Both the position numbers and the translations under genes were made by a program. Shown piece after piece: positions 27,235 through 41,200 of a stretch of 64,000 nt of DNA. A model generated the notes under the pieces. The model ran no database searches. It was given only the letters and a program-made list of their open reading frames with translations, and was not told where the DNA came from. The stretch lies in NCBI RefSeq assembly GCF_009914755.1, contig NC_060926.1; one strand, 5' to 3'. Source of the stretch: the human T2T-CHM13v2.0 reference genome, Homo sapiens. The stretch's first letter is position 1; every line of letters starts with the position of its first letter.

Positions 27235-27605
27235 TAGGTAAACAAATTAAGACCAAAATGAGAACCATTTTACACACAAAAAAAAATTTGCAAAAATTAA
27301 GCAGTCTAACACTACCAAGTGTTAGTGAGGATGTGGTGCAACTGCTGTATTATTCATTGCTGGTAGGAAAATAAATGGGTTCTACTACTTTATAAAATAA
27401 ATTCATATTATCTTGTAAATTAGAGCATTTATATACCATTTGACTCAGCGATTCCACTTCCTTATATGTTTACAGTCATGTGTACCAGGAAGCATGTGCA
27501 TGTGTTTATAATAGCCTCACACTGGCGACAACCCAGTTGTGGTCCCTGAATAAATCAACAATGGTAGTGTGTCTTGCATCAAGAATAATGATTCTATACA
27601 GCTGA
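27235..27605 (+). mobile_element. Old L1 (L1ME-like) fragment containing the right inverted-repeat arm (27430-27605)
   Basis: aattaagaccaaaatgagaaccattttacac; taccaagtgttagtgaggatgtgg; ataccatttgactcagcgattccacttcc. Confidence 0.8.
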
Positions 27606-27644
27606 TGTACATCCAAAATAAAAGACTAACTGAAACAATAGAGA

Positions 27645-27715
27645 CCAAGGGTATCTGACACAGCACCTAACACAGAGAATGTATGTAATCATTTGTTGAA
27701 TAAATGAATGATAAA
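27645..27715 (+). mobile_element. L2 3' tail
   Basis: cagcacctaacacag...atttgttgaataaatgaatga. Confidence 0.65.
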
Positions 27716-28694
27716 ATAATCAGTTTCAGAGTATTACGTGACTGACTAGGTTTGAAGCAGTCTTTCCTGTCTAACCTATTTACCTCTGATGAGTCAAATA
27801 ACAAATCCTTACCAAGAACCACTTTACCAGTTATTTTCTCATCACTCAATGATTCTGAGTTACGTTCATTTGTATTTTGCTATGTGAATAGTACTAAAAT
27901 GTTTTTACCCTGCCTACTTTGCTAAGTAGAGCCAACTTACAAACTTTTGGGGGCAAGAACCATACTTTCAGGTGCCTTTTTCTTTTCTAGAACTACATAG
28001 AGTAAGAAATCAGTAACTACTTTAGGACTTAATGATGAAAAAAATCCACTTGAATTTTACTCCTTACAAAAATATATATTCGGGAAAGAATAAATCATGA
28101 TCAAAAGTAGAGTCTTTGAACCAGGTTAAGTGCTCTATGGGTTCAAGTTGGAACTTTTAAAAAAGTTTAATACATAAGTTGTCAAGTTGTGACAATTATT
28201 TTTGTATGTAGGAATGTTTGTGACAACTACAAAGAAATTCTTTATGTGGTAATTCTACAATGTAATCAAATTCTCAGCACAGAAGCCATCAATGATAGAA
28301 AAACATTGTATATCTGATATTCATCCAATTAAAAACATGCTAAACAACATGCTATGCTCATTATCTTGCTGAGAAAAAGGTAATCCAGAAAGCTGTTGAT
28401 ATTCAGTTCTAAGAGGTTATTTTTGTTTGTGTTGTTTAATCAAGTACTAATCAGGAGAAATGTACTTTATAATAGGAGAGCCAATTTATCTGACATGAAA
28501 ACTACCCAGGCGGTTAGCCTTAGATGATTATTCTTAGAACCATCTTAGCCTATTTCCAATTAAACTGTACTTCCTGTTGTTATAGTGGTTACAATAGGCA
28601 CAAGTTTAAAGAGAAAAAGAAAATGTGTGTCCCCACCCTTTCCCTTCTACACAGTACATTACCAATTTGGACCTAATACACAAATTAGTTCATG

Positions 28695-29155
28695 TGTATC
28701 AGATGAAAATCTTTTGATAGAAAGTAACAGAAATCCCTATCCAAACTAAGTCAGCCAAAAGGGAATGTTACTGTTTAATGGAGTACTCTGTATCTGATAT
28801 GACCAGGATTTATTGCTAGTTCTGCTTCCTCTGCATTGGCTCTACTTTAAAGCAAACTGTTTTGTGGTGGGCACATTTCTTATGTAACAGGAGAGAAAGC
28901 TCCTCTACTTCAAGAGTGGAGCTACAACTTGGTTTCATAGGCTTACATTTAGTCTTGGGCTCATCCCTAACCAATCACTGTATGTGGGAAATTGAATTGG
29001 TTAAGGCCTGAGATAACATGCCTCTAAAAACATGGGAGTGGGGAGTCAGTTGCCTCCAAATACATAGACTACATCTAAGAAGGATTGAGACTTACACAGA
29101 ATTTAGGGTACTATCACTAGGGGTAAATCTATGCTAGATTATCTAATTGTCTACT
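28695..29155 (-). mobile_element. MLT1K/L-like MaLR LTR
   Basis: aagtaacagaaatccctatccaaactaagtcagccaaaagggaatg; ctcatccctaaccaatcactg. Confidence 0.6.
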
Positions 29156-29821
29156 ATATTATACTCTTCAAATCTATTTCACATTTTCTTACAGTATTCA
29201 AAATCATTGTGGGCTGTATAGTTTCTTTTTATTGAGCTATAGAGGGATTCTTGGCAAGAGAGAACAGTTTTATTTTGTTTCTTTGTTGGTGAAGAGGCTG
29301 CAAGCCACTTTTCTGCCAGGTGAAGGATAATAAGCAGTTAATTTGTACCAGATTTTTTAATTCAGAGAGAAGAGTTGCTGAGGGTCTACCTGTATTTTGT
29401 AAATAAAGTAGCAACCCATTGACTCAGGAAAAGCATGTATTAGGATACTTCATGACTTGATAAACTTTTCCCCATGTATCTTTTGCTATACAAGCTTGGA
29501 GAAAAGTCCAAGTAAGTTTGCATCATCAAAGCCTTCTAGAAGGAAATAGAATCTCCTCCCTACTTAATTTGAGTTTACCTTATCACAACATCAGATAGAT
29601 TATGATGATTTCAAATAAATTTGCCTGTGTCCCCAGTGGAAACCTTGTTTTGAGGGAAGGCAGATAGATGACTAGCGAATTTTAGGAAATCATGAAGGAA
29701 AATTGATGCATAAACAGTCTGTGGGTGTAAGACCTCCATCTCATAATACGCACATTGTGGGAACAACGGCCTAGACTTGAAGGGTAAAAAGAGAGCTGTA
29801 AATTTGGAAGCCTAAGCATCG

Positions 29822-30203
29822 TGCCACGGTTTGAATGTGTCCCCCAAAAGTTCATGTGTTAGAAACAATCCCCAGTACAATAATGGTGGGGGGGGTGGAG
29901 TCTAATAAGAGGTGATTGGCCCTGAGGGTGAAGCCCTCATGAATACATTCATGACATTATCATGTGAGCTGGTTAGTTATCATGAGTCTGTAGTTATAAA
30001 GTGAGTCTTGTCCCTGGTACTTCTCTCTGCCTCAGTGCTCACATCTGTCTTCTATTTTCCACCACAGGATGACCCTCACGAGATGCTGGCACCATGCTCT
30101 TAGATTTCTCAGTCTCCATAACCATGAGCCAAATAAACTTTTCTTTGCAAATTACCCAGTCTGTGGTATACACAGGTATAGCAGCAGAAAATGGACTAAG
30201 ACA
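29822..30203 (+). mobile_element. MSTC/MSTD-like solo MaLR LTR
   Basis: TG...CA termini: tgccacggtttgaatgtgtcccccaaaagttcatgtgtt...aataaac...gcagcagaaaatggactaagaca. Confidence 0.88.
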
Positions 30204-30350
30204 GATAGTATACATCTGTAGCTTGTGTATCACTGTGAGAGAGGCAAAAGGGCTCAAAGGAATGTGCTGGACTGAGTCAGTTAAATGCAGTGAATTCATA
30301 TGGCAGCAACAGCAGAAATAGCAATTGGCTAGTAAGAAATGGGTCAGGTA

Positions 30351-30753
<403 letters not shown>

Positions 30754-31664
30754 CTATTTTAATACTCCTGTAAAAGTTAAGTAACTGAGATGGTCCCTTT
30801 GGACTTTGTAAGCTTCTGTGATTCTTGTCAACTTGGTTAGGTGTAGGGTAGGTTTCAAGAGGTAGCCACTGGATTTGCTTTTAAATTGGTCCTATGGGGG
30901 ATTGAATGATTAATTTGATTATTAAAAAGATTTATGATCATAATTATACCTCAGGCTGGTAATGCAGGTCACATTGATTTTTACCTGATTTAAAAAAAAT
31001 TCAAAACTTCAGGAGTTATTCGTAAAAATTCTGCATTTCCTGTTTTCTCGACTTCAAACCTGATCAAAGATAAAATTTTCTTTAAAATAAATTGTTCCCA
31101 GATCATCAAATGTGAGTTTAGATGGTAATAACACAACAAAAGAAAGAATGAAGAAGAGAAATAGGGGAGGGATAGTTGGTCAGCAGAGAAAAATGAGGTC
31201 CAGAGAGTCTAGCATTGGCACTTCCCATCCCTGTAGAGGGAATGCTGGCTCATGGACCTGTCAGACATCTTGGCAGGAATAGCTCAGTTCTCTGTCGGAT
31301 GCCATTGAACAATCAAATCAAATAATTAACTCAGTTCATTTTCAAATTTCATGTTAATGAAGCAAACTTCTAATTATATTTTGGGTTCCCCATAGGAAAA
31401 GAATTCACTGAATAAGGAATATATTCTTTGGGAATCCTTGGTGTCAAAGATGGCAACATCAAGCTGACCTTTGAAAATGCCAATTTAAAAATTATTCAAG
31501 AGTACAATAAAAATTAATAGAAAAATACATTAGAAAATGTAAAAGTAAATGAAGACAACATAATTCTCAACTCAAACTAAAACAGATAATTGAAGGATGA
31601 CAGCTCTCTCATAAAGATAGGAAAAATAGCAAAATTTGTGTTTGGCTTTAATTATTCACTTTTG

Positions 31665-31970
31665 GGGAGACTTACTATATGGGTGCTGGGATACAGCAGT
31701 GAACAAGACACTCATGTTCTTTGCCCTTATGGAGAAAAATTATACTGGAGGAAAATTGATTATATTATGGCAGTTAGCTAACTGGTTTTACTTTTTAATA
31801 ACACAGATGAAAATGGGAAATAAAAAGTGCAATTAAAGCATGGTGTGTGGCATTGGCTCTACTCTGATTTGTCAGGAAAGGCTTCCTGGAGGAAATAACA
31901 TGTGCCCTAGGATGTGAAGTCTGAAGGAAGATGAGAAATTGTAGTAGAGGGCAGAGAAGGAGAGTTCTAC
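31665..31970 (-). mobile_element. L2 fragment
   Basis: gggtgctgggatacagcagtgaacaagaca; tcaggaaaggcttcctggaggaaataacatgtg. Confidence 0.75.
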
Positions 31971-32296
31971 ATTGTATGAGTTGGGGTTCTTGTTTATAAA
32001 CAATATGTACCAAATGACTAACCAGTGGATCAAAAAGAAATTATTGAAAGAGTATTAAACATGTCATAGAATCAATTGGGGTATTGTGAAACAAGATTAG
32101 AGAATGAAAGGACTTAAAAATGTAAGACAATGGAAAACAGTCCAGAAAACATCAGGGTAATAGTTTACTTGGGATGCTATCACTAGCCTTGTTTCCATTT
32201 GATATTTGTGATGAGCTGTAAGTTTTTGCTGCCACTGTGTCCTTACTTCACTTTCTCATGTTTCAAAGTCCTGACAGGGGCATCTGACTGGCAAAG

Positions 32297-33148
<852 letters not shown>

Positions 33149-33254
33149 ATGCCTGATTCTTATTTGCCAGAAAGAGAGAGGTTGATTTTTTCTGCAGATG
33201 AGAAAATTAACTCAAAGAGATTAGAAAATAATCTTTAACTTTTTTTTCAAAATC

Positions 33255-33935
33255 ATTTAATGAACACTTGCATGGCTCTGCTACCTATCAGACACTGTTA
33301 TAAATACTTTACAAATACAAACTTAATAAATCTTTATAGCAGCCCTGTGAGGTAGGCACTATTACTATCTGTTATGGACTGAATTTTGTGTGCCACAAAT
33401 TCATATGTTGATGCCCTGATTCACAATGTGACTATATTTGGAGATAGGGCCTTTAAAAAAGTAATAAAGCATAAATGAGGTCATAATGATGGGGTCCTAA
33501 TCCAATATGACTGATGTCCCTATAAGAAGAGGAAGAGACATCAGAGATATATGTCCACAGAAAAAAGACCATGTGAGGAGATAGCAAGAATACCCTATCT
33601 GCAAGCCATGGAGAGGTCTCAGCAGAAACCAAAACTGCCAACAACTTAATCTTGGACTTCTATCCTCTATAAATGTGAGAAGTAAATTCCTGTTATTCAA
33701 GCCACCCAGTATGTAGCATTTTATTATGGCAGTCCCATCCAACTAATACTAGCTAATGCCATAGGCATGCATGAGTCAGACTATTCTGATTGCTGCCTTA
33801 ACTGCTATCCATTGTACCCCACCCTTGCCCTTGATGATGAGGCTGTAGATAAAGAATCTAAGGCACAGGCAAGTTAAGTAAGGTATCCAAGATTACACAG
33901 TTAGTAAGTGATAAATTAGGATTTGAACTCTAAAT
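33255..33935 (-). mobile_element. MIR split by MLT1B (parts at ~33255-33369 and ~33845-33935)
   Basis: agcagccctgtgaggtaggcactattactatc ... gtagataaagaatctaaggcacagg...gattacacagttagtaagtga...ggatttgaactc. Confidence 0.7.
33370..33750 (+). mobile_element. MLT1B-like solo LTR
   Basis: tgttatggactgaatt...aatgtgactatatttggagatagggccttta...ataagaagaggaagagac...ttattatggcagtc. Confidence 0.88.
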
Positions 33936-34744
33936 GAGTCTATCATGCTGTATCTCAACCAGGTAAGGAGATTTTAAAAGTATGCTTGCCTTGGGAACTT
34001 TATATCCAGTACCTTTTTAAAAAAGGAATTGTTGGTATAGCTTCTAAATGGGCTTCATAAGAAGTTTAAAAAATTATTTTGGTTTTCACTGGAATGGATT
34101 AAAGAAACCATTCTGAATTTCTTGGACTATTTGAAAATTTTTATTTTAGAAATGTTTGAATGCATGCCTGAGAAATGCTGAGCTATAAATAATCTCTGTC
34201 ACTGTATTCCTTTTTTTTTTACCCCATGAAGTGTCCAAAAGACAGAAGAAGCATCTGATGGGCTGAGCCTTGGTCAAACCCAATTTCTATCTGCCAGCTA
34301 AATTGAGTCATATCCTTGAATAGAGAGGAGAAAAATAACCAAATGCAAGAATTTACCCTGTTGTGTGAATGCAACCCAAATGTGGTTCAAGATATTCTCA
34401 ACAATTGCCTTGTACTGAGACACTCAGCACTTTGTTGGTTCTCTAGAATACATCCAATTTTATAATATAGTGAGAAATATATGAGAAATTTATATTTTTC
34501 TAAAAATATTGTTTATGGAGGGTAGGATTGCTGTTGCATAAAGCCCAGCAGAAACCTTATAAAATTCTACTTTAAATTGTTTCATTTTTATCTTCAAAGT
34601 TCCTCTCCTTGCCTTTAGCTTCAACTGTTATTTTTTTTCCTTCACTTGTACAGACCCTGAAAAGCTCCCTTGGCTATTTGATCCTTTCAGTTCTGTGCAA
34701 ACTTTAGTTAACAAAACAAATGCCCTATCTTCAGTAGAGCAGCA

Positions 34745-35666
34745 AAGACCTAAATGTAAGATCCAAAAGATAAAACTATGGAAAGAAAACATATGGGAAA
34801 TGCTTCCAGAAATTGGTTTTGGAAAACATTTTATAAATAAGGTGAAAAGGTGCAGACAACAAAAGTAAAAATAAACAAATGGGATTATGTCAACTAAAAA
34901 GCAAAGGAAACAATCAACATAGTGAAAAGACAACCTACAGAATGTGAGAAAATATTTGCAAACTATTCTTGTGACAGGAGATTAATATCCAGAATATTAA
35001 AGAACTCAAACATTTCAACAGCAAAAAAAAAATGACCAAAAATGTACAAATAATTGATAATTGAACAGACATTTCTCAAAAGAAGGCATACAAGTGGCCA
35101 AGAAATGTGTGAAAATAAAAGCTGAGTATCACTAATTAACAGGGAAATGGAAATCAAAGCCACAATGAAGTATCATCTTACCCCAGTTAGGATGGTTATT
35201 ATCAAAAAGACAAAAAGTAGTGAATGCTGGAAAGGATGCAGAGAAAAGGGAACTCTTAAGCTCTGTTAGTGGAAAAAATAACTATACGAAAGAGATAATC
35301 TGCACTCTCATGTTTATTGCAGTGCTATTTATAATAGCCAAGGTATGTAATCAACCTAGGTTTCCAGCAACATATTAATGAATAAAGAAAATGTGGTATA
35401 GACAATGGAGTAATATTCAGCCATAAAAAGAAGAATCTTGTCATTCAAGTCAACATGGATGGAACTGTAGGACATTATGTTACGTGAAATAAGCAGGAAC
35501 AGGGAGTTAAACACCACATGTTCTCACTCATGTGGAAGCTAAAAAAGTACAGTTGATCTCACAGAAATACAAAGGGAGCAGAGTATACTAGAGACTGGGA
35601 AGGGTTGGGGAAGGGAGGGATAGAAAGAGATTTGTTAAAGGATATAAAATTACAGCTAGATAGATG
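34745..35666 (+). mobile_element. L1MA5-like 3' region, left part
   Basis: aagacctaaatgtaagatcc...agacaacctacagaatgtgagaaaatatttgcaaact...aattacagctagatag. Confidence 0.88.
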
Positions 35667-37977
35667 TGTATTAGTCTGTTTTCACACTGCTATAAAGAAA
35701 TACCCAAGACTGGGTAATTTATAAGGGAAAGGTTTGATTGGCTCACAGTTCCATATGGCTGGGGAAGCCTCAGGAAACTTACAATCATGGTGGAAGGGGA
35801 AGCAGCCACATCTTACATGGTGGCAAGCAAGAGACAGCTAGCAAGAACAGGGAAAACTACCTTATAAAACTATAAAACTATATAACTATCAGATCTAGTG
35901 AGAACTCACTCACTATCACAAGAACAGCACGGAGGAAACCACCCTCATGATCCAATCACCTCCCTCTCTCGATATGTAGGAATTACAATTCGAGATGAGA
36001 TTTGGGTGGGACAGAGAGCCAAACCATATTCTGCCCTGGCCACTCCTAAATCTCATGTCTTTCTCACATTTCAAAACAAATCATGCCTTCTCAACAGTCC
36101 CCCAAAAGCCTTAATTCATTTTAGCATTAACTCAAAAGTCTCACAGTCCAAAGCCTCATCTGAGACAAGGCAAGTCCCTTCCACCCATGAGCCTGTAAAA
36201 TCAAAGCAAGCTAGTTATTTCCTAAATACAATGGGGATACACGCATTGGGTAAATGCTCCTGTTCTACATGGGAGAAATTGGCCAAAACAGAGGGGCGAC
36301 AGGCTCCATGTAAGTTCAAAATCCAATAGGACAGTCATTAAATCATAAAGTTCCTAAATAATCTTCTCTGACTCCAAGTCTCACATCCAGCTCACACTGA
36401 TGCAAGAGGTGGGCATCCATGGTCTTGGGCAGCTCCACCTCTGTGGATTTCCAGGCTATAGCCCCCTTCCCAGTTACTTTCATGGGCTGGCATTCAGTGT
36501 CTGCAGCTTTTCCAGGAGCATAGTGCAAGCTGTCAGTGGATCTACCATTCTGGAGGACAGTGGCCCTCTTCTCACAGCTCAACTAGGCAGTATCCCAGAG
36601 GGGAATTTGTGTGGGGGCTCCAACACCACATTTCCCTTCTGCACTGCCCTAGCAGAGATTCTCCATCGGGGTCCACCCCTACAGCAAACTTCTGCCTGGA
36701 CATCCAAGCATTTCCATTCATCCTTTGAAATCTAGACAGGGGTTCCCAAACCTCAATTTTTGACTTCTGTGCACACACAGGACAAACACCATGTGGAAGC
36801 CACCAAGGCTTTAGGCTTGAACCCTCTGAAGCAATGGCCTGAGCTGTACATTGACCCCTTTTAGTCATGGCTAGGATGCAGGGCACCGAGTCTGGAGGCT
36901 GCACAGAGCAGTGGGGCTCTGGGCCCAGCCAAGGGAACCATTTTTCCCTCCTAGGCCTCCAGGTCTGTAATGGGAGGGGCTGCAGTGAAAGTCTCTGACA
37001 TGCCCTGGAGACATTTTCCCCATTGTCTTGGTGATTGACATTTGACTTCTTACTCATGCAAATTTCTGCAGTGGACTTGAATTTCTACCCAGAAAATCGG
37101 TTTTTCTTTTCTACCATTTGGTCAGGCTACAAATTTTCCAAACTTTTATGCTTTGCTTTGCTTTGAAACATAAATTCCAATTTCAAGCCATCTCTTTGTG
37201 AACACATAAAACTGAATGCTCTTAGAATAATCCAGGATATATCTTGATAGAAATTTCTTCTGCCAGATATTCTAAATAATCTCTCTCAAGTTCAAAGTTC
37301 CACAGATCTTGAACAGGGGCAAAATGCCAGCAGTCTATTTGCTAAAACCTAGCATGAGTAATATTTACTCCACTTCCCAATAAGTTCTTCATGTCCATCT
37401 GAGACCACCTTAGCTTGAACTTTAACTTCATTGTCTATATCATTATCAGCATTTTGGTCATAACCATTCAACAAGTCTCTAGCAAGTTCCAAACTTTCCC
37501 ACATCCTCCTTTCTTTTCTGAGTCCTCCAAACTGTTCCAACCTCTGCCTGTTACCCAGTTCTAAAGTCACTTCCACATTTTTGAGTATCTTTTTAGCAGT
37601 TCTTCAGTACCTCAGTACCAATTTACTGTATTATTTCCTTTTTCCACTACTATTAAAAAATACCCGAGACTGGATAATTTATAAAATAAAGAGATTTAAT
37701 TGACTCATAGTTCTGCATGACTGGGGAGGCCTCAGGAAACTTACAGTCATGGTGGAAGGGGAAGCAGGCACATCTTACATAGTGGCAGGTGAGAGAGAGC
37801 AAGCAAGAGTGGGAAAACTGTCTTATAAAATCATCATATCTAGTAAGAACTCACTCACTATCACAGGAACAGCATGGGGGAAACTGCCCCCATGATCCAG
37901 TTACCTCCTTGTCTCTACATGTGGGTATTACAATTCAAGATGAGATTTGAGTGGGGACACGGAGCCAAGCCATATCA
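35667..37977 (-). mobile_element. Two-LTR THE1D-like MaLR provirus (3' LTR ~35667-36029, internal ~36030-37626, 5' LTR 37627-37977)
   Basis: Two ~355-bp direct repeats (tgtatta...gcctcaggaaacttaca...ccatat(ca)) flank a THE1-internal sequence; ORFs at 36343-37576(-) are internal remnants; ~5-bp TSD agatg / agata (or agaag). Confidence 0.93.
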
Positions 37978-37984
37978 AGATATC

Positions 37985-38212
37985 AAGAAGGAACAAATTC
38001 TAGTGTTCTATGACACTGCAGGATGAATGTAGGTAATAATAAAATATATTTCAAATTAATAGAGGATATTGAATGTTTTCAACATAAATACTGTTTGAGA
38101 TAATGAATATGCTAATTACTCTGATCTGATCACTATACATATGTATCAAAACAACACTATGGACCCCATGAATATGTATAATTATTATTGGTCAATTTTT
38201 AAAAAATTTAAA
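37985..38212 (+). mobile_element. L1MA5-like 3' end, right part
   Basis: gaacaaattctagtgttcta continues tacagctagatag across the THE1; ends at tgatctgatcactatacat...ggtcaattttt plus A-rich tail. Confidence 0.85.
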
Positions 38213-38214
38213 GG

Positions 38215-41200
38215 AAAGGTGAGGAGCCAAGATGTCCCACTAGATGCAGCCAAGGAGAGCTTCTCCAATGGAAAGAGACCAGACCATCAAGTAGACTGGC
38301 ATATTCTGAAAAGATCTCTGGAAAGAAGGCATAGAGACTGGACAGAGGGAAGTTTCAAGCCCTGGGCTGAAAGAGGAGGAATTTGGGAACCCTGCATGGG
38401 ATTGCCTAGCACAAAGACTTGTTCCTGGCTCTAAGGTGAAGGGGTAAGTGAAATAGGCATGGAGTGACCCATTCTTGCTATGGACCTCTGGAATCTTAGC
38501 TGTGGGAGATGCCATGACCCCCGTGGACATCTGAGTTGGCAGGGAGAACTTCCTGGGCAGTTGGCAGAGACAGAACTCCAACCTGTGTGTAGCACAGCCA
38601 TGAATGCCCATACCCCTATACTCTCTCTACTCCTCCAGATGGCTGTAGCATTTGTTAGTTGCTGGACCTAGACAGAGCAGGATTGTCTTGTCCATTGGAT
38701 GGGGCCAGTCTGATCTGAGTGTCCCTTTCCCATCTTTCAGCCTCTCCCAGGCTCACTACCTGTCCATACCCACTTGCAACACAGGCTCAGCTGCCTAGCC
38801 AAAGTGCTCACGAGTGGCCACTGCCATAGCTCTTTCACTGGCAGACCCAGCCTACTTGTCAGAGCACTTTTACAGACAGACCCCTGCAAGCATACATTTA
38901 CCCACAGCCTTCCCCCAGTGGCACACACTCACCACTTGCCTCCAGTCCCCTAGTGCCTTGCTGATGTGTGCGTGGACCCCTTCCAGTCCTGCTGGTTCAC
39001 ATGTGCATGGGAACTCACCACTGTCCGACTGGCACACTTTTGCTGGCAGCCCCTATTGAAAGATTGTTGCTAGTGGACTTGGAATACTTCAGCCCCTCCA
39101 GCACTGCAGGTGGTTAACCTCAAGGAGCAAAAGAACAAAGTTGCAATCTTATTCCTAGCCCCCCAGCATTACATCACATGATTCGGAGTGCTGAGTTGAG
39201 CCTTGACCCCCTAAATGCATCCAGAAATGAAGCCAATTGACTAAACCCAATTTATACCACAGTCAAATCTTCAAGGGACACTGAAGAATATAAAAGCAAA
39301 AAGCCTCATCCAAAAGATAGCAGCTTCAAAGACTAAAGGAACATCAACTCACATGGAAGAGAAAGAATGAACACAATAACTCTGGGAACTCTAAAAGCCA
39401 GAGTGTCTTCTTATATTCCAGGTGACTAAACTAGCTCCCCAGCAATAGTTGTTAACCAGATTGAAATGGCTGAAATGACAGACATAGAATTCAGAATCTG
39501 GATGGCAAGAAAGCTCATTGAGATACAGGAGAAGGTTGAAACCCAAACCAAAGAAAATAGTAGAATGAATGTTGAAAGACAACATAGTCGTTTTAAGAAA
39601 CAACCAAACTGAATTTCTGGAAATGAAAAGTTTACTAAAGGAATTTCAGAATGCAATTGGAAGCATAAATAACAGGACAGGTGAAGCTGAGGAAAGAATC
39701 TCAGAGTTCGAAGACTGCTCCTTTAAATTAATGCAGGCAGACAAAAATAAAGAAAAAAGAATTAAAGAAGAAGAAACCTCAAAGAAATATAGGATGATGT
39801 AGAGATCAAACCTTCAACACATTTCATTCCTGAAAGAGATGGAGAGAGAGAGCAAGCAACTGGAAAACATATTTGAGGATACTGTGTATGAAAATTTCCC
39901 CAACTTCACTAGAGATGTCAATATGCAAATTCAGGAAATTCAGAACTCTTATGAGATACTATACAAGAAAGCCATTTCCAAGACACATAGTCATCAGATT
40001 CTCCAAAGTCAATGTGAAAGAAAAAAACCTTAAAGGCAGTTAGAGAGAAGGGGTAAATTACATACAAAGGGGACCTACTCAGGCTAACAGCGGACTTTTC
40101 AACAGAAACCTTATAAGCCAGAAGAGATTGGGGGCTTATATTTAGCATCTTTAGAAACGAAATTCCAACTAAGAATTTCATATCCAGTCAAACTAAGCTT
40201 CATAGGTGAAGGAGAAAAAAATCTTTTCAGACAAGCAAATGCTAAGGGAATTTGTTACCACTGGACCTGCCTTACAAGAGGTCCTTAAAGGAGTGCCAAA
40301 TATGGAAATGACAGACCATTACCTGCCACCACACAAAAAAAAACTTATCTACATAGCCCATTGACACTATAAAGCACTGTACAAACGAGTCTGCATAACA
40401 GTCAGCTAACAACACAATGGCAGGATAAAATCTTCACATAACAATATTAACCTTGAACATAAATAGTATAAACACTTCACTTAAAAGACACAGTGGCAAG
40501 TTCTATAAAGAAGCACAACCCCACTGTATGCTGTCTTCAAGAGACTATCTCACATGTAATGATACCCATAGGGTCAAAATAAAGGGATGGAGAAAGATCT
40601 GTCAAGAAAACAGAAAATAAAAAAGAACGGGGGCTGCTATTATTTCAGCCCAAACAGACATTATACAAGCAACAATCAAAAAGGACAAAGAAGGACATTA
40701 TATAATGATAAAGTGTTCAATTCGACAAGAAATTTAACTATCCTAAATATATATGTACCCAACACTGGAGCACCCAGATTCATAACACAAATTCTTAGAG
40801 AGCTACAAAGAGAATTAGATAACCACACAATAATAGAGACTTCAACACTCCAGTGACAGTTTTAGGCACATCATCAAGGCAGAAAACTGAAACTTGACAC
40901 TTGACCAAATGGACATTTGACCAAACAGACACCTACAGAATACTCCACCCAACATTAACAGAATATACATTCTTCTCATCTGCACATGGCATGTATTCTA
41001 AGATTGACCACATGCTTAGCCATAAAAAAATTCTCAATGCATTTTAAAAAATCAAAATTATACCAGTTACACACTTGAATCACAGCACAACAAAAACAGA
41101 AATCAATACCAATAAGATTTCTCAAAGTCATACAATTAAATGGTAATTAAGCAACCTGCTCCTGAATGACTTTTGGGAAAAGAATGAAAATAAAACAGAA

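Noticed and set aside
35898-37576. Overlapping ORFs up to 161 aa
   Set aside because: All lie within THE1 LTR/internal sequence and are frameshifted remnants or antisense frames.
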